A DNA stretch of 64,000 nt from Eledone cirrhosa (GCA_964016885.1 OZ024742.1:351912001-351976000), one strand, 5' to 3'; shown: positions 28,762 to 43,075, counted from the first letter of the stretch. Notes: generated from the sequence alone by a model not told the origin. Numbers and translations are program-made.

Positions 28762-30565
28762 TTAGTTAAGCAAAACAAGACCACACATTTCACAAGGAAG
28801 ACATTATTAAAAGATTGTCAACACATTTGGCAGCGGCACGCTCCCCACTCCAAGTAGCAAACTAAAATCAACCCTAGAATAGGAATGAGAAATGGGATGA
28901 CAAATAACGAATCCCCAGGTATAATAACCCTAGGAAGGCCCCTACCAACTCCAGTAGAACCCCTAGAAGGAATAGACCTAGAAATATCACCTGCCTTAGC
29001 CCCCCATTCTCATCTAATCTAGCCACTAATATCCCTAAACGCTTCTTCTCTATACTATCTAAACATTCCCCACCCCAACCATAGAGATTACAAACTCTTT
29101 AATAAAAATAACATTAAAATCTCCACAACACCTAACCTAGCTAGCCACATCGGATTTATTAGCCATCATAAACTAAGACAGTATAACTCCCACACCGCGG
29201 TACTACCACCCCTATCAAATACACCACGTCACTACACCAATAATTACTCTAGTAGCACACCTCCCCCATCTAATCCTTCTACCACTGACCTACCGCTTAG
29301 GTTAAACTACCCTACTCTCCCTAACCGCAGAAGCAATTGCAACTGCCGTTACCCTAATGCATGCACATTAAATGGACACTGGCTGACACCCAACATAGTC
29401 TATAGGTGCACGGTTAAAACTGCTTCGAATACCAGCTCTTATATCGGGTCTACCTCTAACCCTTTTAAGGTACGCAATAACGCGCACTCTTTTTCCTTCC
29501 GAGACCCTAGCAACAGATGTTCGACATCGCTAGCTAGGCTCATTAAAAACCTTAAATTAAGCAACGTTCAACGCTCACTAAAATGGGATATCGTGGCTAG
29601 GGCCCAACCGTTCAATGGACGAAAAAATCTTGTGATCTCTGTATTACAGAAGCATATTACATAACTCAATCACGACCTCTACCGATTAACGATAGAACGG
29701 AGGTAACTTTTAGCTGTCAACATCGAAGGGCTAATTCCTTTGCCAATATAATATTTGACCCAACTTAGCCCCATTTTTACTTGTAGCTAATAAGTTAAAT
29801 AGCTACGACTAATTTAGATAATTATAAGTTACCTTCCCTACATTGTCTCTCAATTAAAACAATTAAAAATTAGCACTTAACTATAAACTACCCACAATGT
29901 ATAATCTCTCAAAGAGTTACTTCCCCTGAAGCCACCCTCTAAAAATTAAGATAAATATGTCCTTTGGCAGCCATCTTGTTACCAATAGGCAGATCTCACA
30001 CAATGCAGCCTCGACAGATGAATACTGCTTGATTATGGATGACAACTGATGCAACCAAGACACCATAGTGAAAAACCAATATATGGAACATTATATTAGG
30101 TAACGTTCTCTCCTTATTTTAATTTGTATTCCTTTGAAGTTCCGATGAGCCGCTCTGTTTTTTAAATATGTTAATTATTTTCAACTGTACCAGATCAATT
30201 AAGATATATAGTCATCTGATCCAGAAATATCATATGGAGTAGCAAAACAATTGTAAACGGACATTATAATTATTAATATTATTATTATTATTCTCTACAT
30301 CCCTTACATCAAAATAAAATATGTTGACAATCTTTTAATAATGTCTTCCTTGTCAAATTCGTGGTCTTGTTTCGCTTAACTAATGAATATTTCCAGCTCT
30401 GCGCACCTAACTTCTGCATGAACCCAGCCACCTAGCTGATTTCTACTGCATATTGCACATTGAGCACATGCCCTTACGCTTTGGCTTCTAACTAATTCAC
30501 CAATCTCTCCTCTCATATCTCCTCTCCTATCTCCATCTCTCTCTTTAAGATTGGCTACTCTTGAA

Positions 30566-30570
<5 letters not shown>
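28757..30570 (+). mobile_element. Second Naiad-like PLE (5'-truncated, degraded GIY-YIG region ~28980-29768) with an inverted 5' segment
   Basis: RNITCLSPPFSSNLATNI..KLFNKNNIKIS, CNCRYPNACTLNG..IVYRC..YIGST..KWDIVARAQPF..CDLCITE..SCQH; 28757-28820 is the reverse complement of 30325-30389. Confidence 0.85.
30139..30258 (+). ncRNA. Hammerhead motif (U4C core, ~80 nt loop II, G12 mutated)
   Basis: GTT-CCGATGA-GCCGCTCT...GGAGTAGC-AAAA-CAATTG-TA-AAC. Confidence 0.6.
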
Positions 30571-30647
<77 letters not shown>

Positions 30648-30649
<2 letters not shown>

Positions 30650-30786
30650 CAAAGGAATTGTGGTAAGGAACCGGATGTACCATAACGTACCGGAGTACTC
30701 AATACATAGGGCAGTAGAGAGGGAAATAAGAAATAGTATGACCCCGACGGCTCAAGCTCTGCCGTCGGGGTCATGCTTTTTCCTAT
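30648..30786. mobile_element. Family A fold-back element centred on HHR stem III
   Basis: ATGACCCCGACGGC-TCAAGCTCT-GCCGTCGGGGTCAT, with the family tail on the left. Confidence 0.8.
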
Positions 30787-31079
30787 ATGTATATATATCC
30801 TCATCATTATCATCGTTTAACGTCCATCCTCCAAGGAATATATATATATAACAGTGGGATGGCGTTATCTTATGGCTAAAACAGCGTGAAGTGCTGTGAC
30901 CAACGGCGCCTACTGGCGCCCGACAGACTGGTGATCAAGGTGATCAATGTGATATATATAATTACTGATGATTTCAAACGGGCGAGGAGTAGTTCTAATC
31001 CTTTAGAAGACATATCGATAATATATATATATGTATATCTATATATATATATAATAGATAATATATATATATATATACT

Positions 31080-32250
31080 ATTTTACTCTTTTACGCTTTT
31101 ACTTGTTCCAGCCATCCGATTGAGGCCATCCTGGGGCACCGCCCTTGTTGCTACACATTTTATCTCCAGCCTGTATTGGTTGGCCACTGGTGCAAGAGGG
31201 AGTTCGTTTCTGCTGTCCTTAGGTTTCCATCATGCCTTGCTGTGGGCTCATCCGGGATCCTGAATAGCAGTTGTCGAGATGTTTCTTGAAAACATCCACA
31301 TCCACAACATGCAGATCTGTCAGATCCCTCGGCAGCTTGCTGAAGAGTTGAGGGCCCTTGAACCCCAGGCTATTGCAATATATGCTCCTTATTCTAGAGG
31401 TACAAGACGGGAATGTTGGCACCACACAGTGACGTCCTGTTCGACGGTTGCTCCAGCTTCCAATGCCAAAGATTGGTGCTAGTCCCTCCAGGATTTTCAA
31501 CATGTAGATCACTGAATATCTCTCCCGTCGTCGTTCAAAGGAGTAGAGATTCACTTCTTTTAGCTTCTCCCAGTAGCTTATCTCCATCATCGTCGCAATC
31601 CTCTTGGTGTAGCTTCGCTGGATTGCATCAGCTCCGTGGTTAGTTTAATACTATGGGGAGACCATTGCTGGGAGCAATAGTTCAGGGGGCTTAGGACAAA
31701 TGTCCTCCATAGTGTTAAGATGGTGTCTCGGTCTCTTGTCCGGAAAATCCTCAAGATCCAGCCAGAGAGTCGTCTGCACATCGTCACTACTTTCATGATG
31801 TGTGAGGAAAAAGCTGCATCGTCGCTCATGTCTACACCCAGGTTTCGTGTCGATTTCGACACGGGGATATCGGTCCCTCCTGGTCTGGCATAACTGCGTT
31901 GTACTGTATTTGTGTTTCCAAGTTTGTATTGTAGGGCTTGGAAATTGCCCATTTATATATGGCATCCAGATCTTGTTGTAAAAAGGCAGGGTCAGCCGGG
32001 ATTTTGATTGCCTGGGCTACCTTAGTGTCGTCAGCATAGCTAGTGCGGTATGTTGTATGTACTATAGAGGGCCTATCTGAGAGAGCAACCAAAAACAGTA
32101 GTGTTCCCAGGAATATGCCTTGGGGCACCTCACCTGTTATTGATGTTTCCTTTGAAAGGGTCCCGTTTGTGCGACTGTCTGGATTCTCTCCTTTAAGAAG
32201 TCATGCAGCCACTCACCTACTTTTCCAGTTATGCCAAGTCGGTGTAGTTT
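31080..32250 (-). mobile_element. CR1/Crack-like LINE RT 3' fragment
   Basis: PQGIFLGTLLF..YADDTK..RNLGVDMS..LNYCSQQWSP..LYSFERRRERYSVIY; frameshifted, with a (GTAAAA)-type tail. Confidence 0.85.
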
Positions 32251-32252
32251 GT

Positions 32253-32391
<139 letters not shown>

Positions 32392-32828
32392 ATCACTTCT
32401 AATGGATTAGAACTACCCCTCGCCCGTTTGAAATCATCAGGAGTTCTGGGTAATGTGAGCTTAGGATTGCAATTTATAGATTTCTCTGTGGTACAGGCAG
32501 TGAAGAAAATAGAGGCAGGGAGGAGAAATAGAATGGAAACAGGAATAACAATGAGAAAAGGTAATCGTGGTTGGGGAGAATCGTGATTAAATTTATTGGG
32601 TTTGGTCAGTCAGTTGTAGAGATAATATAAGAAACTATTGTCAGAGTGTTGCGTAAATAATATTTTATGGCAAAAAACACCTACGTACGTGGGAACATTG
32701 TTATTCTAAATGTTTCCTCACAATCTGCCATACATAGCGCACACGCTTATGTATGTATGGTTATATATATATATGGTGGAAGAGTGAATAATAACATGGT
32801 TTGCTGTACAAAAAGGGTTTTATTTACA

Positions 32829-32939
32829 GTATTAACAATTGTATCATTGATCAGGTGAGTCTAAAGGCCGCTAATCACTCGAAATTGCATTACTCGACCT
32901 TAAATACAGTGTGTATCTCTGATCAAATCATCGGAATAC
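32829..32939 (-). ncRNA. Hammerhead motif (U4C core, long loop II)
   Basis: Minus strand GTATT-CCGATGA-T-TTGATCAG...CTGATCAA-T-GATA-CAATTG-TT-AATAC, then AATAAA; 5 bp stem I and 8 bp stem II are perfect. Confidence 0.7.
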
Positions 32940-32946
32940 ATATATG

Positions 32947-33016
<70 letters not shown>

Positions 33017-33021
<5 letters not shown>

Positions 33022-33068
33022 AACCAGTAAGACCCCGACAGCTGAGCTCAAGCCGTTTCGACGGCTAA
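33017..33068 (-). mobile_element. Family A single arm
   Basis: Identical to 2461-2512; stops inside stem II. Confidence 0.8.
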
Positions 33069-33639
33069 GTGTGTATGTGTGTGTGCGTGTGCGTGTGTGT
33101 TTGTGTGCGTTTGTCTGTGTATGTGTGTGTATAAGAAAATGATTTTTAAAAAAAGATGTCCCACACGGGTGAACGTATAAGGAGATGAAATACAAAATAC
33201 AATTGGAGTCTTTTGCCGAATTTGTTGGTCAAGATTGAAAGCTCGGAGGAATTCTCTTATTTTAAGATGTCCTGTTTCAGTGTGTTGGCCATTTGTTGAG
33301 ATGTTGGTGGCTGTTTAGGTCCCCCTGTGGTGGATGTGTACCTACAGATGTGGTTTACACTCACATATACATAAGCACATATATACATATATTTGGATAT
33401 ACAAGCATAGGTACTTAGGTACACGCATACAATTAATACTAAATTAACTGATCTAATAATCCATTTGTGAATACCTTTCATACCTGACCTATACTGACGT
33501 GTCCTTCATACAATTAATGCATACAATTAATGCTACACATTCTCCTCATTTTTCTAATTAAGTTAGAATATTTAATTGAAAAGAAGAATATCACTAATTG
33601 TGTGTAAGATTGGCAAATGTCTAACAAATTTGGGCCAGT

Positions 33640-33790
33640 GGAAAGTCGATTATATCGAATACGTTCATTATTGGTACTTTAATTTATCGACCCCGATAAG
33701 GATAGGAAACAAAGCTTATTTGGCGGGATTTGCTCTCAGAACGTAAAGTGCAGTAACTCTATGCCACAAAGTATATTGTCCGACACTCTA
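33640..33790 (-). mobile_element. Old SINE family 1-related copy
   Basis: GGTACTTTAATTTATCGACCCCGATAAGGAT..GGCGGGATTTGCTCTCAGAACGTAAAG. Confidence 0.65.
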
Positions 33791-34442
33791 CTGATATTTC
33801 CTACATTGTTTTTTTTGCTTATATAACATCCTACAAATTCGGAGATTCGTTATATATGGATTAAGCAGCCCACTTGCAAATATCTTGTTTTTTATTTTGA
33901 TAGTGTTTATTGTAGCTTCCGTTTTTTTGTCTATTTTCTAAACTAATCTCTATATTTTACTCACTGATTCTGTAACTAAGCCATGAAATGTTCCCATACG
34001 TATTATATTTCTAGCCATTCTATGTTGCAATAGCATGAATCTGACTTTATACAATTTGTTGAAATAATATGTTCTGATATAAATAGAATAATAATGGTAT
34101 TTTGTGTCAGCAACGAATAAAAAAAAATGAAAGATATATTTCTACGATTTCACAGATATATTGCAGACATATAAATTCATTAAATCTTATATTCTTCAAA
34201 ATATTTTTATAACCAACAAACATTTATATAACGTTTTTAAAAACTGTTTACAACAAAGCGCTCAGTTTTTAATATATTGGATATTCAATTTCTTTCGGTT
34301 AACACTTTGACGGATTTATATTTCATGCTGCTAAGTTTTACGCGTGAGAGAGATTATTTTCTAATCCTTTAGATACGCTCATACCAATATACACGCTTAC
34401 ATACATACGTGCATACCAAGATATACACACATGCACACACAC

Positions 34443-34549
<107 letters not shown>

Positions 34550-34552
34550 TAC

Positions 34553-34666
<114 letters not shown>

Positions 34667-34680
34667 GTTTATATATATTT

Positions 34681-34936
34681 AATATAGATAGGCTTCTACA
34701 GGCTAGAAATGTTTCATTCGGGAGAAATCATCTGGAAGCCGACTGTCCGAGTAATATGGTGGTATTATGGTGGAAAATACCACCATATTATTTGAACAGT
34801 TGGCTTCCTGATGATTTTTCCAGATTGAAACAGTTCTAGTCCTGTAGAAGGCTTTCTATATTAAATATTTATACTCTGCTTTGTATTGAGTACATTACTT
34901 ACTGTGGTTACCCTACATTGAACCCAGGATAAACTT
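34681..34936. mobile_element. Family B fold-back element; HHR at 34804-34850 (+) and an inverted copy at 34693-34739
   Basis: CTTC-CTGATGA-T..T-GAAA-CAG-TTCTAGTC-CTG-TA-GAAG; arms meet near 34770; ~73 nt tail. Confidence 0.85.
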
Positions 34937-35564
34937 ATATATTTCGTTTCATTCTAATCCATTTATCGTTTTCTGTGCGCCCAGCCGACTGAACTCACTC
35001 GATATGCAAATTAGGCTGCTCAGCCGTTAATATGCATAAGGAAAGTATATACTTTCAGACGTTCAACCATCTGGCAGGAAGGTATACGTTGCTGACGATA
35101 GCTAATAAGCTAGAAACATAGTACATCGTTCCTGTGTCAGTGTTGAACAAAAAGGTGACGTGGTTGCCTAAACACTGTACGGTGTAATCCGGGCTGTTTG
35201 TTGGTTTACAAAAAAAGAAACCGAGCATTATAATAAATGTTCGGTAAACCGATACGTGCATATATGTATATGTGTGCATGTATGTATATACATACTACTG
35301 TACGTCTGTATACATATATGTATGTCCGTATACATACATGCATACTTACATTAAAGTAACTGCCGTACTAAGAGTGAGAAATGAAATTTCGTTTCATTCT
35401 ATTCTATATATATATATATATGAAAAGTGTAATTTTCTACACAAAACGAAGGTTATAGAGAAAATTGAGGTTGGTAATGGCACATGGAATATATAAGAGA
35501 CAGAATACTTTTTTGTGAAAAAACATAATTTTATAAGGTAAGGAAATAATAAAGGGTATAAAAA

Positions 35565-35606
35565 ATGACCGGTTTCGATGGGTCTGCAAAAGCCATCTTT
35601 TCAAAT
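35565..35606 (-). ncRNA. Hammerhead motif, U3-A8 core variant
   Basis: Minus strand AT-TTGAAAA-GATGG..CCATC-GAAA-CCGG-TC-AT. Confidence 0.7.
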
Positions 35607-36059
35607 GTTGATTAATATTAAGAAAAATTAATAATACGAAGAGTTAAAATTTGAGATTTGAAAATTCAAGTATAAAATTCATTGTGGGATTTCATAGCAG
35701 TTTTCATCTAGGTAGCAACAACAGGTTGACTGCTGTGTCCTTTTCTGGTAGTGAATGAGAAGTTACTTGGGGTGTGGGTTATTTTATAAAGGTCAGATTT
35801 AGCAATCGCCAACTGGCCAGCTGCTGGTCAGTGAGGGGGTGGAAGCAATATACATACACATATCTTCCTGTGGTGGGTAGGAGAGTGGAGCGTGGTAGAA
35901 AGGGATTTAGTGCACTTACACCTATCTATACACACATACCTTCATCCACACATACATACATATACATATACATATACATATATATATACATATACACACA
36001 TACATACACACACACATACATATACATACACACATACACACACACACATATATACACAT

Positions 36060-36122
<63 letters not shown>

Positions 36123-36188
36123 TATATATACATACACATACATCCAGATACACACATACATACACACACACATATATATATATATACA

Positions 36189-36235
<47 letters not shown>

Positions 36236-36831
36236 CCACACATACATACACACACACACACACATATATATACATACACACATACAAACATACACACACC
36301 CACACATATGCATATACACATCCTCACACATATATATACACACACACACGCATATATATATATATATATACACATACGCATACATCCAGATACACACATA
36401 CATACACACACACACACGCACACACAATACATGCATCCACATGCACACACATACGCACACACACACATATACACATACATACACCCACACACAGAGAAAT
36501 GGCCTCCAAATATATATATATATATATACATACAGACACATATATTTTTTCCATAATATAAGAAGTTGGGACAGTGAAATTAAAATACAAGTCATGCTGA
36601 TCACATTGAGTTCTTCATGTAGATTGGGCCCCGCAACCGACAGTGGTGAATTATGTGTGCGCATATATATATATATAGATATATGTGTGTGCACGTGCAG
36701 GGTTTAACATGGATGTGTTGGTCACACAAAGGCATGGTTTGTCAACGAAAAAACCTGATTCTACAGAATTGGTCTCTGGTCTTTAATAGTAGTGATTCCG
36801 TGCGTATGTGTGTTTATATTTTATGACAATT

Positions 36832-38271
36832 CTATTGGGGTGATAACCCGTTTAGTTTTGGTTTAAATTTGTTAAGGAATAGATTTTCTTTGTTTATTCT
36901 TTGTTGCTGTGTGGACGAATCTGAGCACTTGTAGAAGGGGAAGATTTTAAAGTTGGGTAGTGTCATTCCTGCGCAGTTCGCAATATGGCTGCTCAAGGGG
37001 ATTTTTCTTGTGTTAGCGTCCCGGATTTGTTGGCGGTGGATGGTCATTCTTTTGCGTAATGAGGTGCCCGTCTGTCCTATGTAGTTGTGTTTGCACCCAC
37101 CGCAAGTTATTGCGTAAATCAAGTTCTCCGAGTTGCAGGTGAAATTGTTTGTTACTGTAAATGTTTGGCCATCTTTGAATGTAAATGTTTGTCCTTCAGT
37201 GAGGTAGAGGCACGTTCCACAATTTGTTCTACCACATTTGGTAACTGTAGGGTTGAGGATTAGTTTGGGTATATTTGGTCCAGTGAGAATGCGTTTAAGT
37301 GATTCGGGTTGTCTTTTACTTTTAAGGATCTTGTGTGTTTCAAGAATAGACTTCATTTTTACATCTTTAAGTAGGATGGGGAGGTTTTTGTGTAGGTGAT
37401 CAAACATTTCGGTATTTCTGGGGTTGAAAGTGGATACATATGGCAGGGTGTTGAGTGTGGTTTTCTGTTTTGGATTGTTAAGTTGATGGGGATTTAGGTG
37501 TTTTGCCCTGTCTATTCCATTGTTGATTATTTCAAGTGGAAAGACTCTTAAGATAAGGGTGCCTTTTAGTTCCTTTAGTCTTTGCTCCCGTTTAGGTGGA
37601 TCTGATACTATGGTACATATACGTTTGGCCAAATTGTAAGGAATGTTAAGTTTTGTATGTTTTGGGTGACTTGATGTGAAAAAGAGGTATTGCTTGGAAT
37701 CTGTGGGTTTATAGAATATATTTGTATCTAATTTCCCGTCTATTACAGAGATGAGAATATCCAAGAAGGCTAATTCCTTAGGATTGGATTCCATTGTGAA
37801 TTGTATGTTATTATCTATGCTGTTTATCATGTTTTTAAACGTAGTAAGTGAGTTCATGTCTTCTTGCCATAGGATAAAGCAGTCGTCTAGATATCTTTTC
37901 CAATTGGCTTTGAGGTGTGTGTGGAAAGAGTCTCCAAATAAGAGAAGGGACTGACTGTATATTTGTTGTTCATGGAATCCCATGACTAGGTTGGCATATG
38001 TGGGTGCTACTTTCGTGCCCATTGCCGTACCTGATACTTGTCTGTATGTTGAACCATTGAATGTGAAGTAGTTATTTTGTAGGATAAAGCGGAGTCCGTC
38101 AGTGATAAAATCTGTGTTGATGCGTGTCGGTATTTCTGATGGGTGTGTGTTAAGCCAGTATTGGACTGCTGTTATTCCATAGTTGTGAGGTATGTTTGTG
38201 TAGAGGTTTATTACGTCAAAGGAGACAAGAATTGTATTTGCACTTACTGTTTTAGGGAGGTGTTTCAGCAT
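36832..38271 (-). CDS. PLE reverse transcriptase plus GIY-YIG endonuclease (open frame extends upstream to ~38529; N-terminus missing)
   Basis: FDVINLYTNI, GTAMGT, RYLDD, FLD, YKPTDSKQYL..SSHP, CGRTNCGTC, NLIYAITC..C..YIGQT; upstream FYGLPKLHK and LRPII. Confidence 0.93.
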   Translation of the reverse strand: MLKHLPKTVSANTILVSFDVINLYTNIPHNYGITAVQYWLNTHPSEIPTRINTDFITDGLRFILQNNYFTFNGSTYRQVSGTAMGTKVAPTYANLVMGFHEQQIYSQSLLLFGDSFHTHLKANWKRYLDDCFILWQEDMNSLTTFKNMINSIDNNIQFTMESNPKELAFLDILISVIDGKLDTNIFYKPTDSKQYLFFTSSHPKHTKLNIPYNLAKRICTIVSDPPKREQRLKELKGTLILRVFPLEIINNGIDRAKHLNPHQLNNPKQKTTLNTLPYVSTFNPRNTEMFDHLHKNLPILLKDVKMKSILETHKILKSKRQPESLKRILTGPNIPKLILNPTVTKCGRTNCGTCLYLTEGQTFTFKDGQTFTVTNNFTCNSENLIYAITCGGCKHNYIGQTGTSLRKRMTIHRQQIRDANTRKIPLSSHIANCAGMTLPNFKIFPFYKCSDSSTQQQRINKENLFLNKFKPKLNGLSPQ

Positions 38272-38842
38272 ATCAAGGTCATCTCGTATGTAGCTCTGTA
38301 TATGTTGTAGAAAGGGTTTCAGTAGGATGTCCAGAAAGTTGCTAAGTCTGTGGGTTTCACATGTAGGGCCTGCTATAATTGGCCTGAGTTTTAGGTCTTC
38401 TGGTGGTGTTAGATCAATGTAATTGTTGGTTGAGGTGTCACATGCATCGTTTATGGGTTTACATTTGTGGAGTTTCGGTAAGCCGTAAAAAGAGCTTGTA
38501 TTGCATTTGAAGTGGCTTATATAGTTAAACTATTTTGTGGTTAAGCTGTTGCGGTATTTATTCAGTAAGGTCACCTCAACCAACAATTACATTGAACTAA
38601 CACCACCAGAAGACCTAAAACTCAGGCCAATTATAGCAGGCGATTGCTAAATCTGACCTTTATAATATAACCCACACCCCAAATAACTTCTCATTCACTA
38701 CCAGAAAGGGACACAGCAGTCAACCTGTTGTTGCTACCTAGATGAAAACTGCTATGAAATCCCACAATGAATTTTATACTTCAATTTTCAAATCTCAAAT
38801 TTTAACTCTTCGTATTATTAATTTTTCTTAATATTAATCAAC

Positions 38843-38884
38843 ATTTGAAAAGATGGCTTTTGCAGACCCATCGAAACCGGTCAT
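38843..38884 (+). ncRNA. Hammerhead motif, U3-A8 core variant (inverted pLTR copy)
   Basis: AT-TTGAAAA-GATGG-CTTTTGCAGAC-CCATC-GAAA-CCGG-TC-AT. Confidence 0.7.
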
Positions 38885-38989
38885 TTTTTATACTCTTTAT
38901 TATTTCCTTACCATATAAAATTATGTTTTTTCACAAAAAAGTATTCTGTCTCTTATATATTCCATGTGCCATTACCAACCTCAATTTTT

Positions 38990-39024
<35 letters not shown>

Positions 39025-40076
39025 GATTATTTTAATATGAGGAACTGTTTCTTTGTTTTTATCCATTATTTTTATTAATTTTCATTAATTTATATATATA
39101 TAAGATTATTATAGTTGGATTTCTAATATATTGTTTATATCAACGGTGCCCGTAGCTGTTTCTTGCTTTCGAGATTTTTTACGTTTCTTAAACATTTCAA
39201 CTCACTCGACGCTCCAATGTTTTATCACAAATTTATTTTATATAGCTATACGAGAATGTGTGTGAGTGTGTATGAGAGTGTGTATGTACCCATACACAGA
39301 TATATATACGCACACATCCGTAAACCTAATTTGCGCATTGAATTCCGTCACAAAATGAACCATACATACAATAGATTAATTTATATATTGCAATATTGTC
39401 TGTATAAATATTATTGATAATTAATCCATAGGCACGAATTTCAATCAATTGTGTTCATAGTTATTAAAAAGTAAAGCTATATTGGAATATTCACACGATT
39501 TTAACGTCATAATGCTTTAACATTTTACCAATTACCTGTGGCATAATTATCAAACACTCTTCCATTTCCATTTTCTCTACTTTTAATCTTTTTTTTATGA
39601 TTTATATGTTGCTGCTATTTTTACGACTTTTAAACTCAGTTCTAGTAACATGAGATACGTTTGTTAATATTTATGTTTCGTTTACTTGTTTTTCTTTGTT
39701 CGTCCTAAATATATACAGTCTGTTTGTTTGCTCATGATTCAATTAAAACCCTTTCTTCCAACTTAGTCTAAAATGCCCATGAGGATTTATAAATCCCGAA
39801 TATATAGGTGAGTAAATAAAGAAATATTTTGACAACGACTGGTGTTATAACAATGACATGTTATAGTCTACAGTTTCTAAAGAAATTAAATGTTGATGGA
39901 CTATAACTGATATCTGCAGACACTAAAGCAACTCAACTAAACATATATAAGTATATATATATCCATATACACAAAGTGTCCAAAAATATGCACTCACATT
40001 TAACTATTATTCGTTTCTAACTCAATTAACATGGTATTTGTTGTCATTATAGAGTCTGTATATATTAGAAGAGACC

Positions 40077-40140
<64 letters not shown>

Positions 40141-40345
40141 GGAGAGAGAGAGAGGGGGAGAGAGAAAAAAGAGTTAGAGGACGATATCGCAGTAACTTGT
40201 CGCATAAAGGCTGAAACCACCGCTCTTTTCGGTCGGGCACATGATCTTCCATCATATCTACTCTACTACTTCCCATGCATAGAGTACTACTGAGATGTGT
40301 GATCCCACTGGTTGCAGCGCCGTAGATCTTATATATTCATACATG

Positions 40346-40417
<72 letters not shown>

Positions 40418-40462
40418 TAAATACATATATACATACACACATATATATATATATATATATAT

Positions 40463-40635
40463 AGTTAAGTTATTCCCGGTTGAATCGGAGCTAACCACAG
40501 TAAGTTAGGTACTCAATACATAGCAGAGTAAACACGTTTTAATATAGATGATATTCTACAGGACTAGAACTTTCATTCTTTAGACATCATCATGATTTCT
40601 AAAGAATGAAACAGTTCTAGTCCTGTAGAATTTCA

Positions 40636-40643
<8 letters not shown>
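40463..40643. mobile_element. Family B fold-back element centred on the HHR core
   Basis: TTCTACAGGACTAGAACT.TTCATTCTTTAGA..CATCATGAT..TCTAAAGAATGAAACAGTTCTAGTCCTGTAGAA; tail on the left. Confidence 0.8.
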
Positions 40644-40734
<91 letters not shown>

Positions 40735-41324
40735 TCAGTATGACAAGGATGTAATATCAGTTACGGACGTTTCATTGATCCTTGACGAACAACTGTTTGA
40801 AACTGTGCCGATGTAATATATTGATCAATTGTATAAATATGTCACTAATCGGACAGAGGGGGGCTTACAGAATTATGTTTGTCGTAGACCTTAACAAACA
40901 AACATACACTTACAACTACAAAACTACCCGTTTACACATCACACAGACACATCCTGTATATTAGACATTAACAAAAAAGTAATACTGTTGCCTTACCAGA
41001 ATACTACGTCAATGCACATATACAGATATAATACAGAATGACACACATCGATCTTAAGCATATCATATATCAAAATAAAGAGATTCTATACAACTATTGT
41101 CGACGTTTTAGGCCTGGGAGCGTTAGGAAATCAGTAATATATATTACTTAAGTAAATAATCTCATATATAGCTCTACAGTAAATGGTTCTAGGAATATTG
41201 ATCTACCTGGCGGCTCTATAATATCACTCTCTTTTCTTCTCTCCTTCAATCTATTTTATATACAAATACGTAGCCTGAGTCAATAAAACCTATGAGATAA
41301 AGAGAGACCTTGTCAAGATGGAAG

Positions 41325-41420
<96 letters not shown>

Positions 41421-42844
41421 TTATATATACGTACATATATATGTGTATATGTATATATGTGCGTCTCCCTGCGGCCGTGTTTCAGTGTTTCTGTGTGTGG
41501 TGAGGGGGGGGGGGTTAGAAGAATGGATAGATAGATACTCATTTAACGAAAGAAAGATAGTTTGCTGGATAGAAAATGATGATGCAAACCTGGAATGATA
41601 TATTCAGTTATAGTTTACACTTACATATATCATACAATCCTCAGTTCATGCAGTGTGACATTATCGTGCAGTTTCATGTCGCCTATATCACATGCTAAGG
41701 ACCATGTTTTTTTGTCTCTTTATTTACCGACAAATTATCTCAGAAACATCGTAATTAAGATGTCCATTATCGCAGCAAAACAATGTGCAATCAATAAATG
41801 TATAGGGGACAGAATGAGATATATTAAACAATGCATCTATTAAGGCAGCTTATTGTTAGTTAAATCAATATGTAATAGCAAGAGAGAGCATAGATATGTG
41901 AGAATGTTGAGCGATTTGTGTTTACTTTACTCCATCACTAGACCTAGTGACGCATACTATATGATGTCATGTATGGAATATGGAAAACTACTATAGTAAG
42001 AAAAATATGTGATGTTTACAGGGAAGGTCACATAACGTTATTTAATGTTAGCTCATATGGGAATCATTTTTCAGCTCTCATATCTGGGTGAAGCATCATG
42101 AATACTGAACAGTATTTTATACATAATATATATAATTAATGATATATAGTCGAAAGCATTTGGCTTTCTGACTTTATATTCGTCTGTCATCATTACCAAT
42201 TAATTTAGGTTAAAAGATCAGTTTCGGAAATCTTGATTATACACATGAACATATTTGTATATGATGAGAATTTAAATAAGAGTGATGTTCACCACAGGCA
42301 TGACGTCATGCGACCCTTGATCAAGTGACTCCACGTGAGCATATTGTTATCTCTCTGGAGACACCTATACCTTCGTTAGCATATCTCACTAATAGTATTT
42401 CTAGCCCTCTATTTTGGCTCTGCTAATTGATTAACATTATAGTATTTTAAAGTAGAAACAATTGTATAGTATTTTATTATTAACGAATACACTATCACAT
42501 TCATATACATAGGCTTGCGTGTTGGCTTTAGTAATACACGATATAAAATGACCTTTCATTGTTAATAAGTCATAGAATATGCTGCTGGAACTAGTATACC
42601 AACTAATACCAGTAAAAATAAGCTAACTATATGCTTGTGATGTATCACACATTATATTAGTAAACCAGAGAGATATGTATTCATTTTAAATATGATTTGT
42701 TTATTGTATTTTAAAACACATCATATGCGAATGACTGTAAAAGCCGATGAAATTCCAAAATCTACAATAAATACAATTTTTCACGAGGCACGCACCTCTC
42801 AAAACACGCACACACAACCACACAAATATACACACACATATGAC

Positions 42845-42877
<33 letters not shown>

Positions 42878-42894
42878 ATATATATAAGTTTAAT

Positions 42895-43075
42895 TATAAT
42901 TGTTTCTACTTTTAGTACAAGGCCACCAATAAGCCAGTGTATTACTGGTACTTTATTTTATCAACCCCATAAGGATAAAAAGCAAAGTTAACATCGGCGG
43001 GATTTGAACTTAGAATAGAAAGGTACGTAACTCTATGCGTCAAAGCATGTCATCCGACCTTCTACCGATCCACCG
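42895..43075 (-). mobile_element. SINE family 1
   Basis: Reverse complement of core and head. Confidence 0.85.

Larger units (their letters stand above)
35421..38995 (-). mobile_element. Neptune-like PLE, 5'-truncated, with an inverted pseudo-LTR
   Basis: 35461-35810 is the reverse complement of 38639-38988 (~350 nt, few mismatches); the pair brackets the RT-EN ORF; inserted in a (TA)n/(CT)n tract. Confidence 0.92.

Noticed and set aside
40170-41150. Isolated GAAA..TC half-motifs (about 40213+, 40767-, 41101-)
   Set aside because: No pairable CTGANGA half found; may be decayed pLTRs but cannot be supported
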